Part shown: positions 39,257 to 49,963 of the stretch, piece by piece | Numbering within the stretch: the stretch's first letter is position 1 | Layout: each line of letters starts with the position of its first letter | Source of the DNA: Candidatus Bathyarchaeota archaeon | GTDB taxonomy: Archaea > Thermoproteota > Bathyarchaeia > Hecatellales > Hecatellaceae | DNA: 64,000 nt | Direction of reading: 5' to 3' | NCBI GenBank assembly: GCA_052246995.1 | Contig: JBQPWD010000004.1 | Span: 64,001-128,000, forward strand | Notes under the pieces: model-generated | Seen by the model: the letters and a program-made list of their open reading frames with translations, nothing else | Told to the model about the DNA's origin: nothing | The model's database searches: none | Translations under genes and position numbers: made by a program

Positions 39257-39374
39257 CTTAATTTTTAAGCAAATTCTTTAGATATGCCATATATTCATTT
39301 TATTTGCCTTTTTAATAGGTCAAGGAGTTCATGGAAAAAGAAAAAGATGTGTGAGAATTTTAAGTGAATGATTT

Positions 39375-40046
39375 TCACTCTACCTTCTTGTAGCATAACC
39401 ACCAATCTAAACATTTTATTTCTCCAGCCTTTTCTTGTTCTCTTCTTTTCCGAATCATGTCCACGGTGTTTGCTGGTGGGATGATCACGTTGTCACCAAT
39501 TATCTCGTTGTTTGGCCAGTTGGCTGGTATAGCGTATCCTTTGTCTGCGATTTGAAGCGCCTTTACCATTCGAAGTATCTCGTCCATGTTTCTGCCAAGC
39601 TCCATTGGATAATAAAGTATTGCCCTGACAGTACCCTTAGGGTCAACTATAAATACGGCTCTAACCGTCTGTGTTCCTGCAGCTTGCTTATGACGCATAC
39701 CTAATTTTGCAGATATTTCACCAGTGTTGTCCGCAATTATTGGAAACTTTATTTCCACGCCAAGTTTTTCTTTAATCCACTCCTCCCACTTTAAATGTGC
39801 AAAAACTTGGTCTATGCTTAACCCTATCAATTCGCAGTTTAGCTTCTGAAATTCCTCATACCTTTTTTGAAACGCGACAAACTCGGTTGTGCATACTGGT
39901 GTGAAGTCGGCTGGATGGCTGAAAAGGATAAACCACTTACCGTTATAATCGTCCGGAAGCTTAACCACACCCCTAGTAGTTCTAACCTCTATTTGAGGGA
40001 ATCTGTCACCTATTAATGGCATTTTATACTCTTCCATAAAAATCAC
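39375..40046 (-). CDS. Peroxiredoxin (archaeal Prx6 type)
   Basis: [27 protein letters not shown]. Confidence 0.95.
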   Translation of the reverse strand: MIFMEEYKMPLIGDRFPQIEVRTTRGVVKLPDDYNGKWFILFSHPADFTPVCTTEFVAFQKRYEEFQKLNCELIGLSIDQVFAHLKWEEWIKEKLGVEIKFPIIADNTGEISAKLGMRHKQAAGTQTVRAVFIVDPKGTVRAILYYPMELGRNMDEILRMVKALQIADKGYAIPANWPNNEIIGDNVIIPPANTVDMIRKRREQEKAGEIKCLDWWLCYKKVE

Positions 40047-40195
40047 TATTCTATACCTTTGCCAAGAACAGCTTAATAAATGTTTATAAGCAAAAAGTTA
40101 CAGGCTTGAAAGGCCTGAAAAAACCTTAAATATTTAAATCAAGATTTAAATCAAGACTTATTTCCCTGGTGGAAGCTTGAAAAAAAATAGCTGTA

Positions 40196-41011
40196 TTGTT
40201 GATGGTGATGCTCCTTATAACAATAATGTTTTCAGCAACATATGTTACTCCGGTAATGGCAACAGCAAACAACGATGATGAAATGCCGAAGGAATGGTTT
40301 GGAAAAAAGAAGGTTGTTGATAGGTTTGGAGTGTATACAAGAGTTGCCCTCATTCATTATTTGACAGATGTTGGAGACCCTGATATGGATAATGCTGCTG
40401 ATGGTTACGAGCTAATGGGAGTATATTGGAATCTTAGCAAATATCAAAACGGGGTCCCCTACATCATAAACCCAAGTGGAGGAGTTAAACAGGGGTTAAA
40501 AGAAGCTTCTATCATTAAAGAAATAAAGGAAGCTTTAGAATCTTGGGATTGGGCTGTTGACTTAGATGACTACACACCGCCAAATAACATAAACTACAAC
40601 ATCGAACTTTATAATAATAACTCGAAGATTGATTATAAGGCTAAGGCTAGCACAGTAAGCCCTGACTACAAAAATGTTATTACGTGGGGGCGAGCTCAAG
40701 CTGGTGTTGTGGCATATGCAGTAATATGGTATAAATCCTCCACAGGGGAGATAGTGGACGCAGACATGGTGCTTAACTCATACTACAAGTGGGGAATAGC
40801 AGATGGAAATGAATTAACAAGCGACCTTGTTGGTAAATTTGACATAAGAAACATAGTAACCCATGAAGCTGGCCACTGGACTGGGTTGAATGATCTCTAC
40901 GACTCAAAATACTGGGCAATAACCATGTACGGTTATGCAAGCTATGGTGAAGAAATAAAACGCTCCTTGGAGCCTGGAGATATAGCAGGAGCTCAATACA
41001 TCTACAGATAG
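40196..41011 (+). CDS. Secreted matrixin-like metzincin protease
   Basis: HEAGHWTGLND, Met-turn TMYG, hydrophobic N-terminus; the true start may be TTG 40177 across an A8 tract. Confidence 0.85.
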   Translation: MLMVMLLITIMFSATYVTPVMATANNDDEMPKEWFGKKKVVDRFGVYTRVALIHYLTDVGDPDMDNAADGYELMGVYWNLSKYQNGVPYIINPSGGVKQGLKEASIIKEIKEALESWDWAVDLDDYTPPNNINYNIELYNNNSKIDYKAKASTVSPDYKNVITWGRAQAGVVAYAVIWYKSSTGEIVDADMVLNSYYKWGIADGNELTSDLVGKFDIRNIVTHEAGHWTGLNDLYDSKYWAITMYGYASYGEEIKRSLEPGDIAGAQYIYR

Positions 41012-41172
41012 TTGATAAAAATTCATTAAAACATTTTTTATCATTCCTTTACAGGTTTGAACCCTTAAAACCAGTATACATGCTTATTTTTTTATGCTGA
41101 AAGGGGAAAATAGTAAATAACCACTGTTATTTATATACCAAATTTAAAATTTTATGTATTCCCTTAATCTTA

Positions 41173-42606
41173 TTGCTAGGTTACAGGTTGATTAAATTGT
41201 CTAGGGTAAAACTGCTTAAAACGTTGTATTTTATGACTTTATGTTTTACCATAATTAGTTTAAGTTTTGTAGAATCCTCATATTCTTGGAGTAACGGAGG
41301 CTTCAGCAAAAGTCCATTAGCCTTAAAGTACGGAACTCATGACTGGATAGCTGAACATGCGTTAGATTGGCTTCCAAACGAAGTAAAAAGCTGGATTGTT
41401 GAATATAAAGTTTATTTTCTTTATGGTACAGAACTTCCTGACAACAGTCAAGCTCCAGATGGGATAGGTGATACGCAGCTACACCACATCTACTTTAGCT
41501 CCAATGGTATCCTAATAGACGATTCGGCAGCTGTAAGGGCGGAGGCCACGTATCAACAAGCTTTAAACTACCTACTTTCAGGAGACTATATGCAGGCTGC
41601 AAAATATGCAGGGGCAATGTCGCACTACATAGCAGATATGGCTGTTTTTGGCCATGTTATGGGGGCTAAAACAGATTGGGGTGCTGAAAAACATCATAGC
41701 GACTATGAAGATTATGTAGATGGTAAAACATCAAGCTACAACTCTGAATTCAACATTTTCCTGTCGTTTGATGGTGAACTTAGACGTATATCGGCTTATG
41801 AGGCTGCTGTGGAGCTTGCCTACGATACAACTTTTGACAAGTCTGGTAGAGACTTAACCTGCGTGTGGATGGATAAAAACTACGACTGGGGCAACCCGAT
41901 ATTTAAAAACAGGGCAGGTGAATCCTTAAACCTAGCAGTAAATTACGTGGCTGACGTATTGTACACATTATACGTAGAATATCAAAACCTGCAACCACCT
42001 AAACTGGTGACTGTAACTTTCTTCGCCAACGGTTTAAGCTTGGATGCTAAAGGTACAATTCTTGTAGTTGACGGGGTTGGCTATTCCTATGTTGACATGC
42101 CAAAAAGTTTCACTTGGGAAGTAGGTTCTAACCACAACTTTAGCTGGGTTGATCGTGTAAACGTTGGTTTAGAAAAACGTTATGTTTGGATTTCGACAAG
42201 TGGTTTATCAACTTCTAGGAGTGGAAAAATAGTAGCACCTTCAACCAATAGCTCTGTAACTGCCACATATAATGTGGAATATCTACTTACAATAAATGTT
42301 GATCCACCTGAATCTGGAACAACAATTCCAAGTCCTGGTCAACACTGGTTTAACTCAGGGTCACTTGTAAGCATACATGCTTCAGCCAATCCAGACTATA
42401 CCTTCAAAAAATGGACAGTTAATGGGGTAGAGCTTTCAACAAATAAGTCTGCAACAATAGTTGTTAACACAAGCTACATGGTGGTTGCACACTTTAGTAA
42501 GCTACCTCCACAACCACCAATAACACAACACCTTCTTACACCTGTTGTTGCAGTCTGCATTTTTATAATCCTAATTATAATCATTAGAAGACGTAAGCAC
42601 TCATAA
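41173..42606 (+). CDS. Surface-anchored Zn-dependent phospholipase C / S1-P1 nuclease-family protein
   Basis: Signal peptide then mature N-terminal W, THD, PD, HYIADM..FGH, HSDYE; beta-rich repeat domains, C-terminal TM plus RRRK. Confidence 0.82.
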   Translation: MLGYRLIKLSRVKLLKTLYFMTLCFTIISLSFVESSYSWSNGGFSKSPLALKYGTHDWIAEHALDWLPNEVKSWIVEYKVYFLYGTELPDNSQAPDGIGDTQLHHIYFSSNGILIDDSAAVRAEATYQQALNYLLSGDYMQAAKYAGAMSHYIADMAVFGHVMGAKTDWGAEKHHSDYEDYVDGKTSSYNSEFNIFLSFDGELRRISAYEAAVELAYDTTFDKSGRDLTCVWMDKNYDWGNPIFKNRAGESLNLAVNYVADVLYTLYVEYQNLQPPKLVTVTFFANGLSLDAKGTILVVDGVGYSYVDMPKSFTWEVGSNHNFSWVDRVNVGLEKRYVWISTSGLSTSRSGKIVAPSTNSSVTATYNVEYLLTINVDPPESGTTIPSPGQHWFNSGSLVSIHASANPDYTFKKWTVNGVELSTNKSATIVVNTSYMVVAHFSKLPPQPPITQHLLTPVVAVCIFIILIIIIRRRKHS

Positions 42607-42755
42607 TTTATTAATGTTCATACTGCATAAAAAACCGCCAAAAAATGTTCTACTTACTTATTTGGACAAATAATACAACAATATAAAATAAAATCTTAAG
42701 CTTTTTAAGAAAAACCTACCATTCTTTTTCTTCGGTTAATCCACCCTATTAATTG

Positions 42756-43046
42756 TTAAGTTTTCCTTAACTTTTCTCTGGCTCTAATTTCAATTCTTCC
42801 AACCTTCTTCTCCCACTCAGATACAACAAACTGTTTTCTGGAAAATACAAAGTGAAATGCAAGACCTATACCCCACCCTAAAATCACCCAATAAAACCAC
42901 AGGCTTTCAGGTGAAGTTAGCAAATTAATGAAAATAAGGAAGACGTTAACAATAACATAGGCAGCGAGATGTGAGAGAAATTCTCTCTTTGCCTCCTCAA
43001 GCTCCAACTCCTTCCACGCTTGCTTGAAATCCTCAACAGAAGACAT
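42756..43046 (-). CDS. 2TM domain protein
   Basis: F..HL..Y..VN..L..IN, W.YW..LGWGIGL.FH. Confidence 0.88.
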   Translation of the reverse strand: MSSVEDFKQAWKELELEEAKREFLSHLAAYVIVNVFLIFINLLTSPESLWFYWVILGWGIGLAFHFVFSRKQFVVSEWEKKVGRIEIRAREKLRKT

Positions 43047-43352
43047 AAATTAACTCCGCTTAGAAAAAAGCAAGGACCCTTATAAAGATTTTTAAAGAGC
43101 TACTTTTACAGCAACTTAAACGTTCTATTGGTACTTCTAGTTGACCATGTAGGTTAATACATGCTCCAAAAAGAATTCTTTACTATGCCTAATTTAAGGT
43201 TCAAATGTTCTGTAATGTTTTTATGAAGCAAAGTTTCACGTTTCTTGTTTAAACCACAAATTATATATCTCTAGACCTCTTCAACTATGATTACCGAAAA
43301 TAGGTTTTTAGTGGCTATTTGGGATAAAAATTTACTGGAAGAGGGTTAAGTT

Positions 43353-43937
43353 ATGGAAAAAACTATTAAAAATTTGGCAAAGGCATTTGTTGGTGAAAGT
43401 CAAGCAAGAAACCGCTATAAGTTTTACGCTAAAATTGCTAAGCAGGAAGGTTATGAGCAAATAGCTGAAATTTTTCTAATAACAGCAGATAATGAGGAGG
43501 AACATGCAAGTAACATATTTAAGCTAATTAACGAGTTAAAAAAGGGAAAAGGTAAGAAAATGGAGGAAATAGTTGTGGAGGCTGCTGTTCCAACAACAAT
43601 AGGTAGTACTGTAGAAAATTTGAAAGCTGCAATTGCCGGAGAAAACTATGAATACACAAAAATGTATCCTGAATTTGCCAAGATTGCTGAGGGAGAAGGA
43701 TATCCTGAAGTTGCTAAAAAGTTAAGAGCAATAGCAAAAGCTGAAGAACATCATGAAGAAAAATATAAAAAACTGTTAAAGGAAGTTGAAGCTGGCACGG
43801 TTTTTAAGAAGGAAAAAGAAGTTTGGTGGGTTTGTAGGGAGTGCGGATATGTTCACTTTGGAAAAGAGCCGCCAGAAGTATGTCCATCATGCAACCATTC
43901 AAGAAGCTACTACCAGCTAAAGTGTGAGGAATACTAA
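43353..43937 (+). CDS. rbr: Rubrerythrin
   Basis: [17 protein letters not shown]...MY, EEHH, CRECG...CPSC. Confidence 0.96.
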   Translation: MEKTIKNLAKAFVGESQARNRYKFYAKIAKQEGYEQIAEIFLITADNEEEHASNIFKLINELKKGKGKKMEEIVVEAAVPTTIGSTVENLKAAIAGENYEYTKMYPEFAKIAEGEGYPEVAKKLRAIAKAEEHHEEKYKKLLKEVEAGTVFKKEKEVWWVCRECGYVHFGKEPPEVCPSCNHSRSYYQLKCEEY

Positions 43938-44001
43938 CATTAAAAATATTAAGTAAATTATGGAAAAAGCTTTATTGTAAGTTTAAAGGTGAGTAGAAAA
44001 T

Positions 44002-44379
44002 TTGACTGAAAAATTACAAATTTACAGGTGTAATGTTTGCGGAAACATTGTTGAGGTTTTACATGCAGGAGCAGGTCAACTTGTATGTTGCGGTCAACCG
44101 ATGGAACTGTTAACAGAAAAAACTGTAGATGTTGGAAAAGAAAAACATATTCCGGTAATCGAGAAAATGCGTGAGCGGGTAAAGGTGAAGGTTGGTTCAA
44201 CCCCCCACCCTATGGAGAAAAAACACTATATAGAGTGGATTGAGGTAATTGCTGATGGTAAAGTTTATAGAAAATTTTTAAAGCCTGAGGGGGTTGCAGA
44301 AGCAGAATTTGAGATAAAAGAAGAAAAAATTGAAGCAAGGGAATATTGTAATATTCATGGACTCTGGAAAACTACCTAA
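44002..44379 (+). CDS. dfx: Desulfoferrodoxin (2Fe superoxide reductase)
   Basis: CNVCGN...CCG, EKH.P, HPM...HYI, CNIHG. Confidence 0.96.
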   Translation: MTEKLQIYRCNVCGNIVEVLHAGAGQLVCCGQPMELLTEKTVDVGKEKHIPVIEKMRERVKVKVGSTPHPMEKKHYIEWIEVIADGKVYRKFLKPEGVAEAEFEIKEEKIEAREYCNIHGLWKTT

Positions 44380-44537
44380 ACATTTTCCCTATTTTTTAAG
44401 AATTTTTTTACTTAAGCCCCAACTCTATTCATTGTTAAAGGTTAACCATAGTTTATGGAAACCTACCCAACCACTCCATTTTTTATGTTATCAAAAACTA
44501 CTCTAATCTCTTTGAAAGACTTTCACTTAGTGAAAAG

Positions 44538-45167
44538 ATGGAAAAATTGATAAAAATTGTAAGAAGCTTGTGTAAAAGTAAAGTAAAAAGTTTGGTTGAT
44601 GCACGTTTAAGAGAGTTTAAGAGGATGGGGGAAGCCTCAAGTAGGGAGGTTTTTAAGGAGCTTTGCTTCTGCATTCTTACTGCGAATTTTAACGCTGAAA
44701 AATGCATAAAAATCCAGGATAAGATAGGGGATGGCTTCCTTTACTTACCTGAGGAAAAGTTGGCTGAAACATTAAAAAAACTTGGTCATAGGTATCCGTA
44801 TACAAGGGCAAGGTACATTGTGGAAGCAAGAAAATATAAAGATAAGTTAAAAAACATTATTACATCCTTTAAAAATGATGAGGAAGAATTAAGAAGTTGG
44901 TTGGTTAAAAATGTAAAGGGAATAGGATATAAGGAGGCAAGCCACTTTCTTAGAAATATAGGCTACACAAACTTTGCTATTCTAGATTTCCACATCATAA
45001 ACATACTTACAAAATATAGGATAACCAAAAAACCTAAAACGTTAACAAGAAAAGAGTATTTAAAAATTGAAAACATCATGAGGGAAATTGCAAAAAAATT
45101 AAACCTTAACTTGGCAGAATTAGACCTATACTTATGGTATATAGAAACTAAAAAAATATTAAAGTAA
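44538..45167 (+). CDS. ogg: 8-oxoguanine DNA glycosylase/AP lyase (Ogg2 type)
   Basis: ELCFCILTAN, KGIGYKEASHFLRNIG, AILDFH, LDLYLWY..T.KILK. Confidence 0.93.
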   Translation: MEKLIKIVRSLCKSKVKSLVDARLREFKRMGEASSREVFKELCFCILTANFNAEKCIKIQDKIGDGFLYLPEEKLAETLKKLGHRYPYTRARYIVEARKYKDKLKNIITSFKNDEEELRSWLVKNVKGIGYKEASHFLRNIGYTNFAILDFHIINILTKYRITKKPKTLTRKEYLKIENIMREIAKKLNLNLAELDLYLWYIETKKILK

Positions 45168-45245
45168 TCATCTTTTACCATTTTCATTCATTTCCTTTCA
45201 TGTAAAATTTCAAGCTTACCTCTAGTAGAAAAACTTTTATCCAAT

Positions 45246-45788
45246 ATGGGCGTAGAAGTTATGCAAACGTGGTGTTTAAAGATGGATGTTAAAGCTTTAC
45301 GTTTTATCAGTTACGGTCTTTACGTGGTAACTTCAAGAAAGGGTGAGGAATTTAATGGCCAGATAGCCAACACAGTATTTCAAGTTGCATCCAAGCCCAT
45401 TATTATAGCTGTATGCATCAACAAGCAAAACTTAACTCACGAGTACATTAATTCAAGTAAAGCTTTTGCAGTATCAATTCTTTCAAAGGATACTCCACTA
45501 TCCTTTATTGGTCAATTTGGTTTTAGGTCTGGTAGGGATGTTAATAAACTTAAAAATGTTAACTTTAAAATCGGTAAAACAGGAGTTCCAATAGTTTTAG
45601 ACCACTCATTAGCATGGGTAGATGTAAAAGTCACAGGAAAACTTGATGTTAACAGTCACACAATCTTTGTTGGGGAGGCTGTTGACTCGGACATCATAAT
45701 GGAAGGTGAACCTATGACTTACGCTTATTATCACCTAGTAAAGGGTGGGGGAGTGCCGAAAACTGCTCCAATACATGTAGGGGGTTAA
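45246..45788 (+). CDS. Flavin reductase (N-terminal domain of high-molecular-weight rubredoxin type)
   Basis: [46 protein letters not shown]. Confidence 0.88.
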   Translation: MGVEVMQTWCLKMDVKALRFISYGLYVVTSRKGEEFNGQIANTVFQVASKPIIIAVCINKQNLTHEYINSSKAFAVSILSKDTPLSFIGQFGFRSGRDVNKLKNVNFKIGKTGVPIVLDHSLAWVDVKVTGKLDVNSHTIFVGEAVDSDIIMEGEPMTYAYYHLVKGGGVPKTAPIHVGG

Positions 45789-45790
45789 GT

Positions 45791-45952
45791 ATGGTTAAGT
45801 ATAGATGCACAATTTGTGGATATGTATATGACGAGGATAAAGGCGATCCTGAACATAACATTCCAGCTGGAACAAAATTTGAAAACCTGCCTGAAGATTG
45901 GTATTGTCCAGTTTGCGGAGCTTCTAAAGACCAGTTTGAGGTCTTAGACTAA
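45791..45952 (+). CDS. rub: Rubredoxin (53 aa)
   Basis: Not in ORF track. [53 protein letters not shown]. Confidence 0.96.
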   Translation: MVKYRCTICGYVYDEDKGDPEHNIPAGTKFENLPEDWYCPVCGASKDQFEVLD

Positions 45953-45983
45953 AAATAAATAAACTTAGAGTAGTTTAGAGTTA

Positions 45984-47189
45984 TTGTTAGTGGTAAAAAA
46001 GATGGCCTTTAAACCATTAAAAGTTAGTGAAAACATATACTGGGTTGGGGCTGTAGATTGGTGTGAACGTGACTTTCACAACTTTAACATTGTAAGAGGA
46101 ACAAGCTACAATGCTTACCTCATAATTGATGATAAAATAACCCTAGTTGATACAGTTAAACATGAGTTTTTCCATGAGATGATAGAGAGAATTAAGAAAT
46201 TAATAGATCCGTCCAAAATTGATTATATTGTTTCAAATCATGCTGAGATAGACCATTCTGGAAGTTTACCACTAAGTATGGAGGTTGCTAAAAATGCAAC
46301 AGTAATCTGTACCTCTAAAGGTAGGGAAGGTTTATGCAGATATTTTGATTGTAAAGATTGGAATTTTAAGGTTGTTAAAACTGGAGATGAACTAAAAATT
46401 GGTGGAAGAACATTAACATTTATAGAGATGCCTATGCTTCATTGGCCAGATAGCATGGCAACTTACATTAAAGAGGATAAACTTTTGTTTTCAAGCGATG
46501 CTTTTGGTCAACATATTGCAAGCATAGAAAGACATGATGAAGAACTTGGCGTGGAGGAAGCTGTTGAATGGGCTAAAGCTTATTATGCCAACATTTTAAT
46601 GCCTTTTAGTGAACTTATTAAAATGAAGATTAATGAAATTGAGAAACTTGGAATCCAGGTTAGGATGATAGCCCCCGCCCATGGAGTTGTATGGAAAAAT
46701 CCAAGTAAAATAATTTCAGCATACAAAGATTGGGCAGAATTTAGGTCTGAAAATAAGCTTGTTGTAATTTATGATACAATGTGGAGTAGTACGGAGGCTC
46801 TTGCAAAAGCTATAGTAGATGGAGCAAAACATGGTAATGTTAAGGTTAGACTTTTTCATGTAAGGAAAGATTCTTGGAGTGAAATAGTAACTGAAATTTT
46901 AGATGCTAAGGCGATAGCCATTGGAGCGCCAACAATGCATAACACTGTTTTTCCACCCGTTGCCGGTTTTCTAGCTTACATGAAGAGTCTAAAACCTAAA
47001 AATAAGATTGGAGTTGCATTTAGTTCTTATGGGTGGGGTGGAGGAGCGGTTAGGGAAATAAATAAGGTTTTTGAAGAGTTAAAATTTGAAATTATGGAGC
47101 CGTTGCAGGTTAGATATAAGCCTACAAGTGATGATTTAGAAAAGGCTTTTGAGCTTGGTGTAAAAATAGCTGAAAAGATTGGTAAGTGA
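45984..47189 (+). CDS. fprA: Flavodiiron protein (O2/NO reductase)
   Basis: HAEIDHSG, HWPD, SDAFGQH, PAHG, C-terminal flavodoxin domain. Confidence 0.95.
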   Translation: MLVVKKMAFKPLKVSENIYWVGAVDWCERDFHNFNIVRGTSYNAYLIIDDKITLVDTVKHEFFHEMIERIKKLIDPSKIDYIVSNHAEIDHSGSLPLSMEVAKNATVICTSKGREGLCRYFDCKDWNFKVVKTGDELKIGGRTLTFIEMPMLHWPDSMATYIKEDKLLFSSDAFGQHIASIERHDEELGVEEAVEWAKAYYANILMPFSELIKMKINEIEKLGIQVRMIAPAHGVVWKNPSKIISAYKDWAEFRSENKLVVIYDTMWSSTEALAKAIVDGAKHGNVKVRLFHVRKDSWSEIVTEILDAKAIAIGAPTMHNTVFPPVAGFLAYMKSLKPKNKIGVAFSSYGWGGGAVREINKVFEELKFEIMEPLQVRYKPTSDDLEKAFELGVKIAEKIGK

Positions 47190-47809
47190 GTAGCTTGGAG
47201 AAAGATCAAACCATAATTCTTGGTATATGTGGAAGTCCAAGGAAAAAAGCAACTGAGTATGTTTTAAAAGAAGCTTTAAACATGTTAATGGAGAGAAATT
47301 TTAAAACAGAGTTTTTTACCGTTAGAGATAAAAATATTAGTTTTTGTCAACATTGCGATTACTGCTTAAAAAATAAGGAATGCAGAATTAAAGATGACAT
47401 GTATGAACTTTACTCTTTACTTAAAAATGCTAAAGGAATAATTATCGCTACACCTGTTTACAATGGTGGGGTCAGTGCCCAAGTAAAGGCTATTATGGAT
47501 AGGTGTAGAGCCTTGGTTGCAGCTAACCCTAAATTTTTTAGGTATAAAGTTGGTATGGCTATTGCAGTGGGTGGAGACAGGGCAGGTGGACAGGAATTAG
47601 CAATACAACAGATAATAACGTTTTATATTTTAAATGGGATTATACCAGTTAGTGGAGGCTTTTTTGGAGCAAACTTGGGAGCAACATTTTGGTCAAAAGA
47701 TTCTTTAAAAGGTGTGGAAGAGGATGAAGAAGGGTTTAAAAGCTTAAGAAAAACTGTTAAAAAGTTTGCTGATTTTTTAGAGAAGTTTAAATTTGAAGAA
47801 AAACTGTAA
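47186..47809 (+). CDS. Iron-sulfur flavoprotein (Isf)
   Basis: GSPR, CQHCDYC-x5-C, TPVYNG, GGQE. Confidence 0.9.
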   Translation: MSSLEKDQTIILGICGSPRKKATEYVLKEALNMLMERNFKTEFFTVRDKNISFCQHCDYCLKNKECRIKDDMYELYSLLKNAKGIIIATPVYNGGVSAQVKAIMDRCRALVAANPKFFRYKVGMAIAVGGDRAGGQELAIQQIITFYILNGIIPVSGGFFGANLGATFWSKDSLKGVEEDEEGFKSLRKTVKKFADFLEKFKFEEKL

Positions 47810-47818
47810 ACTTTAGCC

Positions 47819-48418
47819 ATGAAACAAGAAACATTGGAGAAAAGAGAAGAAGGAAAAAAGAAAAAGGCTGCTTGGGGAATTACAGGTAGCGGAGATAGAC
47901 TGGTTGAAACTGTTGAAGTTATGAAAAATGTAAAGAAAGAATATGAAAATAAAGTTGAGATTCAAGTTTTTCTCTCTAAAGCTGCAAACCAGGTTGTAAG
48001 ATACTATAAATTGTTAGACGATTTAAACAAAAGTTTTGGCAAAATTTGGGTTGAAGTTGACCCAAATACACCGTTCTTGGCTGGTTTACTACAAACAGGA
48101 AAATTTGAGTTTTTATTGATAGCACCAGCAACATCAAATACTGTTGCAAAAATTTCAATGGGGATAGCAGATAGCTTACTGTCAAACTCTGCAATTATGG
48201 CTTTAAAAGCCTTTGTTCCGGTTTACATAATGCCATCTGACTATAAGGAGGGTATAGTAGTTACAAGGCTTCCTAGTGGAAAGGATTTAAAGTTAAGAAT
48301 AAGGGGGGAGGATGTTGAACATGTTAAAAAGCTAATTAGTATGGATGGGGTGTTTGTACTGGAAAAACCTGAAGATATACACCAAGTTTTTAGAAAACAT
48401 TTTGGAAACATAGGTTAG
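47819..48418 (+). CDS. afpA: Archaeoflavoprotein AfpA
   Basis: AWGITGSG, N.PFLAG.LQ.G, APATSNTVAKI..GIAD, PSD. Confidence 0.88.
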   Translation: MKQETLEKREEGKKKKAAWGITGSGDRLVETVEVMKNVKKEYENKVEIQVFLSKAANQVVRYYKLLDDLNKSFGKIWVEVDPNTPFLAGLLQTGKFEFLLIAPATSNTVAKISMGIADSLLSNSAIMALKAFVPVYIMPSDYKEGIVVTRLPSGKDLKLRIRGEDVEHVKKLISMDGVFVLEKPEDIHQVFRKHFGNIG

Positions 48419-49158
48419 GTGGATTTTTCCCTTAAAAATTTAAAAATGTTCTCTTCAAGCTCAACAGGTGAACTTAAAACCTTAACATTCTTAAATTTAC
48501 TCAACCTTTTAACGTTTTCAACATCAACCCTTCTCGGCTCAACCTTAATTTTTCTTCTAAAGCTAACAGCGTTGTAGGGACATAAGGGTAAACATAAACC
48601 ACAACCCCAACATTTTTCAAGGTTTATTCTAGCTTTTTCTTCAACAAACTCTAAAGCACCATGCGGACAATTTTTCATTGGTAAGCAGGGGTTACACCCT
48701 CTACAATTATCCCTATCAACCATGTAGGGAAGTTCTGTTTCACCTGGAAGCCAGTCTGTTGGAAGAATATAAGCTGGCAAGTTTCCTTTTTGAGTTTGAG
48801 CAAAAACATTTGTTACCAGGGTATCAGCAATTCCATGAGCAATTTTTGCTGTAGTATTAGCACTACAAGGTGCAATTACTAGAAGCTGATATTTACCAAG
48901 TTGAAGCCTACCTGAAATAGGAAAACTTTGATTTAAATTTGAAGTAAAAAATTCTTCATAATATTTTCCAGGAGAAATTTTTCTTACTTCAGGTAGAAGC
49001 CCATAAATTCGTATAACCTCTTCTCCAGCTTTTGAAGCAAAAATTGTTATTTTAACATTAAAAGACTCTTTAACTTTTTTCATTACCGAAAAAGTTTCAA
49101 AAAGAAAATGTCCTGCACCTGTAACTCCCCAAGCAATGCAGATGACCAATTTTAACAC
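48415..49158 (-). CDS. dmrX: Dihydromethanopterin reductase (acceptor)
   Basis: AWGVTGAGH, ANTTAKIAHGIADTL, two 4Fe-4S motifs, R.VD.EN. Confidence 0.85.
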   Translation of the reverse strand: MLKLVICIAWGVTGAGHFLFETFSVMKKVKESFNVKITIFASKAGEEVIRIYGLLPEVRKISPGKYYEEFFTSNLNQSFPISGRLQLGKYQLLVIAPCSANTTAKIAHGIADTLVTNVFAQTQKGNLPAYILPTDWLPGETELPYMVDRDNCRGCNPCLPMKNCPHGALEFVEEKARINLEKCWGCGLCLPLCPYNAVSFRRKIKVEPRRVDVENVKRLSKFKNVKVLSSPVELEENIFKFLREKST

Positions 49159-49201
49159 CTAAAAAAGGAGTTTCTGAACAGCAGAAATAACATTATCCAA
49201 T

Positions 49202-49963
49202 TTAACTATTAGCTTGTTGTGCATTTTTTATAGCTTTTAACACTTCCTCTCTTATAATATATCCAGCCTTATGAAGAATAGTATCACCTATCTCCTTATC
49301 TACTTCCATGCTTGCAGTACATGGATAGGTATGATGTGCTTTAGATGTAACCTCCTCTATACCTTTAACATCACGCAATCTAATTTGTCGAGCTATATAC
49401 CATGTTGAACCGCAGGGGGCGCTTCTTAAAACCGTTGCCTCACGAATTACACCTTTAGAAATTTTAACCTTAAGTTCAGGTCTTCCAATCTTATACCTAT
49501 CAATAAACCTGTCAATCACTCCACCATTTCCAGGTTTTTCAAGGGAGCAGAAAGGTTTTGGGAAGGCTGATTCAACACCTATTTCATTAAGCTCGTTTTT
49601 AACCCGATTTTTAACAGCAGGAGGACACCAATGCCTGTTTTCAATTGGAGCTATTACCCCTTTAACTTTACTATCAATTACAAGTTTTGGAATTGTTAAA
49701 AGCAGGTCAATGTGCACCCCTACAACAATCAACACTTCAGCTAAACCTAAATTTGGTGGAAGATACTTTTCTGGCTCATCAATAAAAGTTGGCAAGTTGG
49801 TGTCAACTTTAAAAACACCCTCAAAATCTGAAGCATAAGATGGATAAACAGTTCTACAATGTTCACACAACAACCCGCAGGATTCGCAAAAAGTTGAATA
49901 ATTTAACAGGTTACCTATAACTCGCTCACCAAACTCGTCTCCATATATGAAGTAAAGCCTCAT
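49202..49963 (-). CDS. DUF166 family protein
   Basis: IDEPE.YLP, H.DL, PKPFCSL, RSAPCGST, YPCTASM, LHKAG. Confidence 0.85.
   Translation of the reverse strand: MRLYFIYGDEFGERVIGNLLNYSTFCESCGLLCEHCRTVYPSYASDFEGVFKVDTNLPTFIDEPEKYLPPNLGLAEVLIVVGVHIDLLLTIPKLVIDSKVKGVIAPIENRHWCPPAVKNRVKNELNEIGVESAFPKPFCSLEKPGNGGVIDRFIDRYKIGRPELKVKISKGVIREATVLRSAPCGSTWYIARQIRLRDVKGIEEVTSKAHHTYPCTASMEVDKEIGDTILHKAGYIIREEVLKAIKNAQQANS

Noticed and set aside
45783-45802. Tandem GGTTAAGTAT x2 at the flavin reductase/rubredoxin junction as the cause of gene fission
   Set aside because: Removing one copy leaves the stop codon and does not restore an in-frame fusion.
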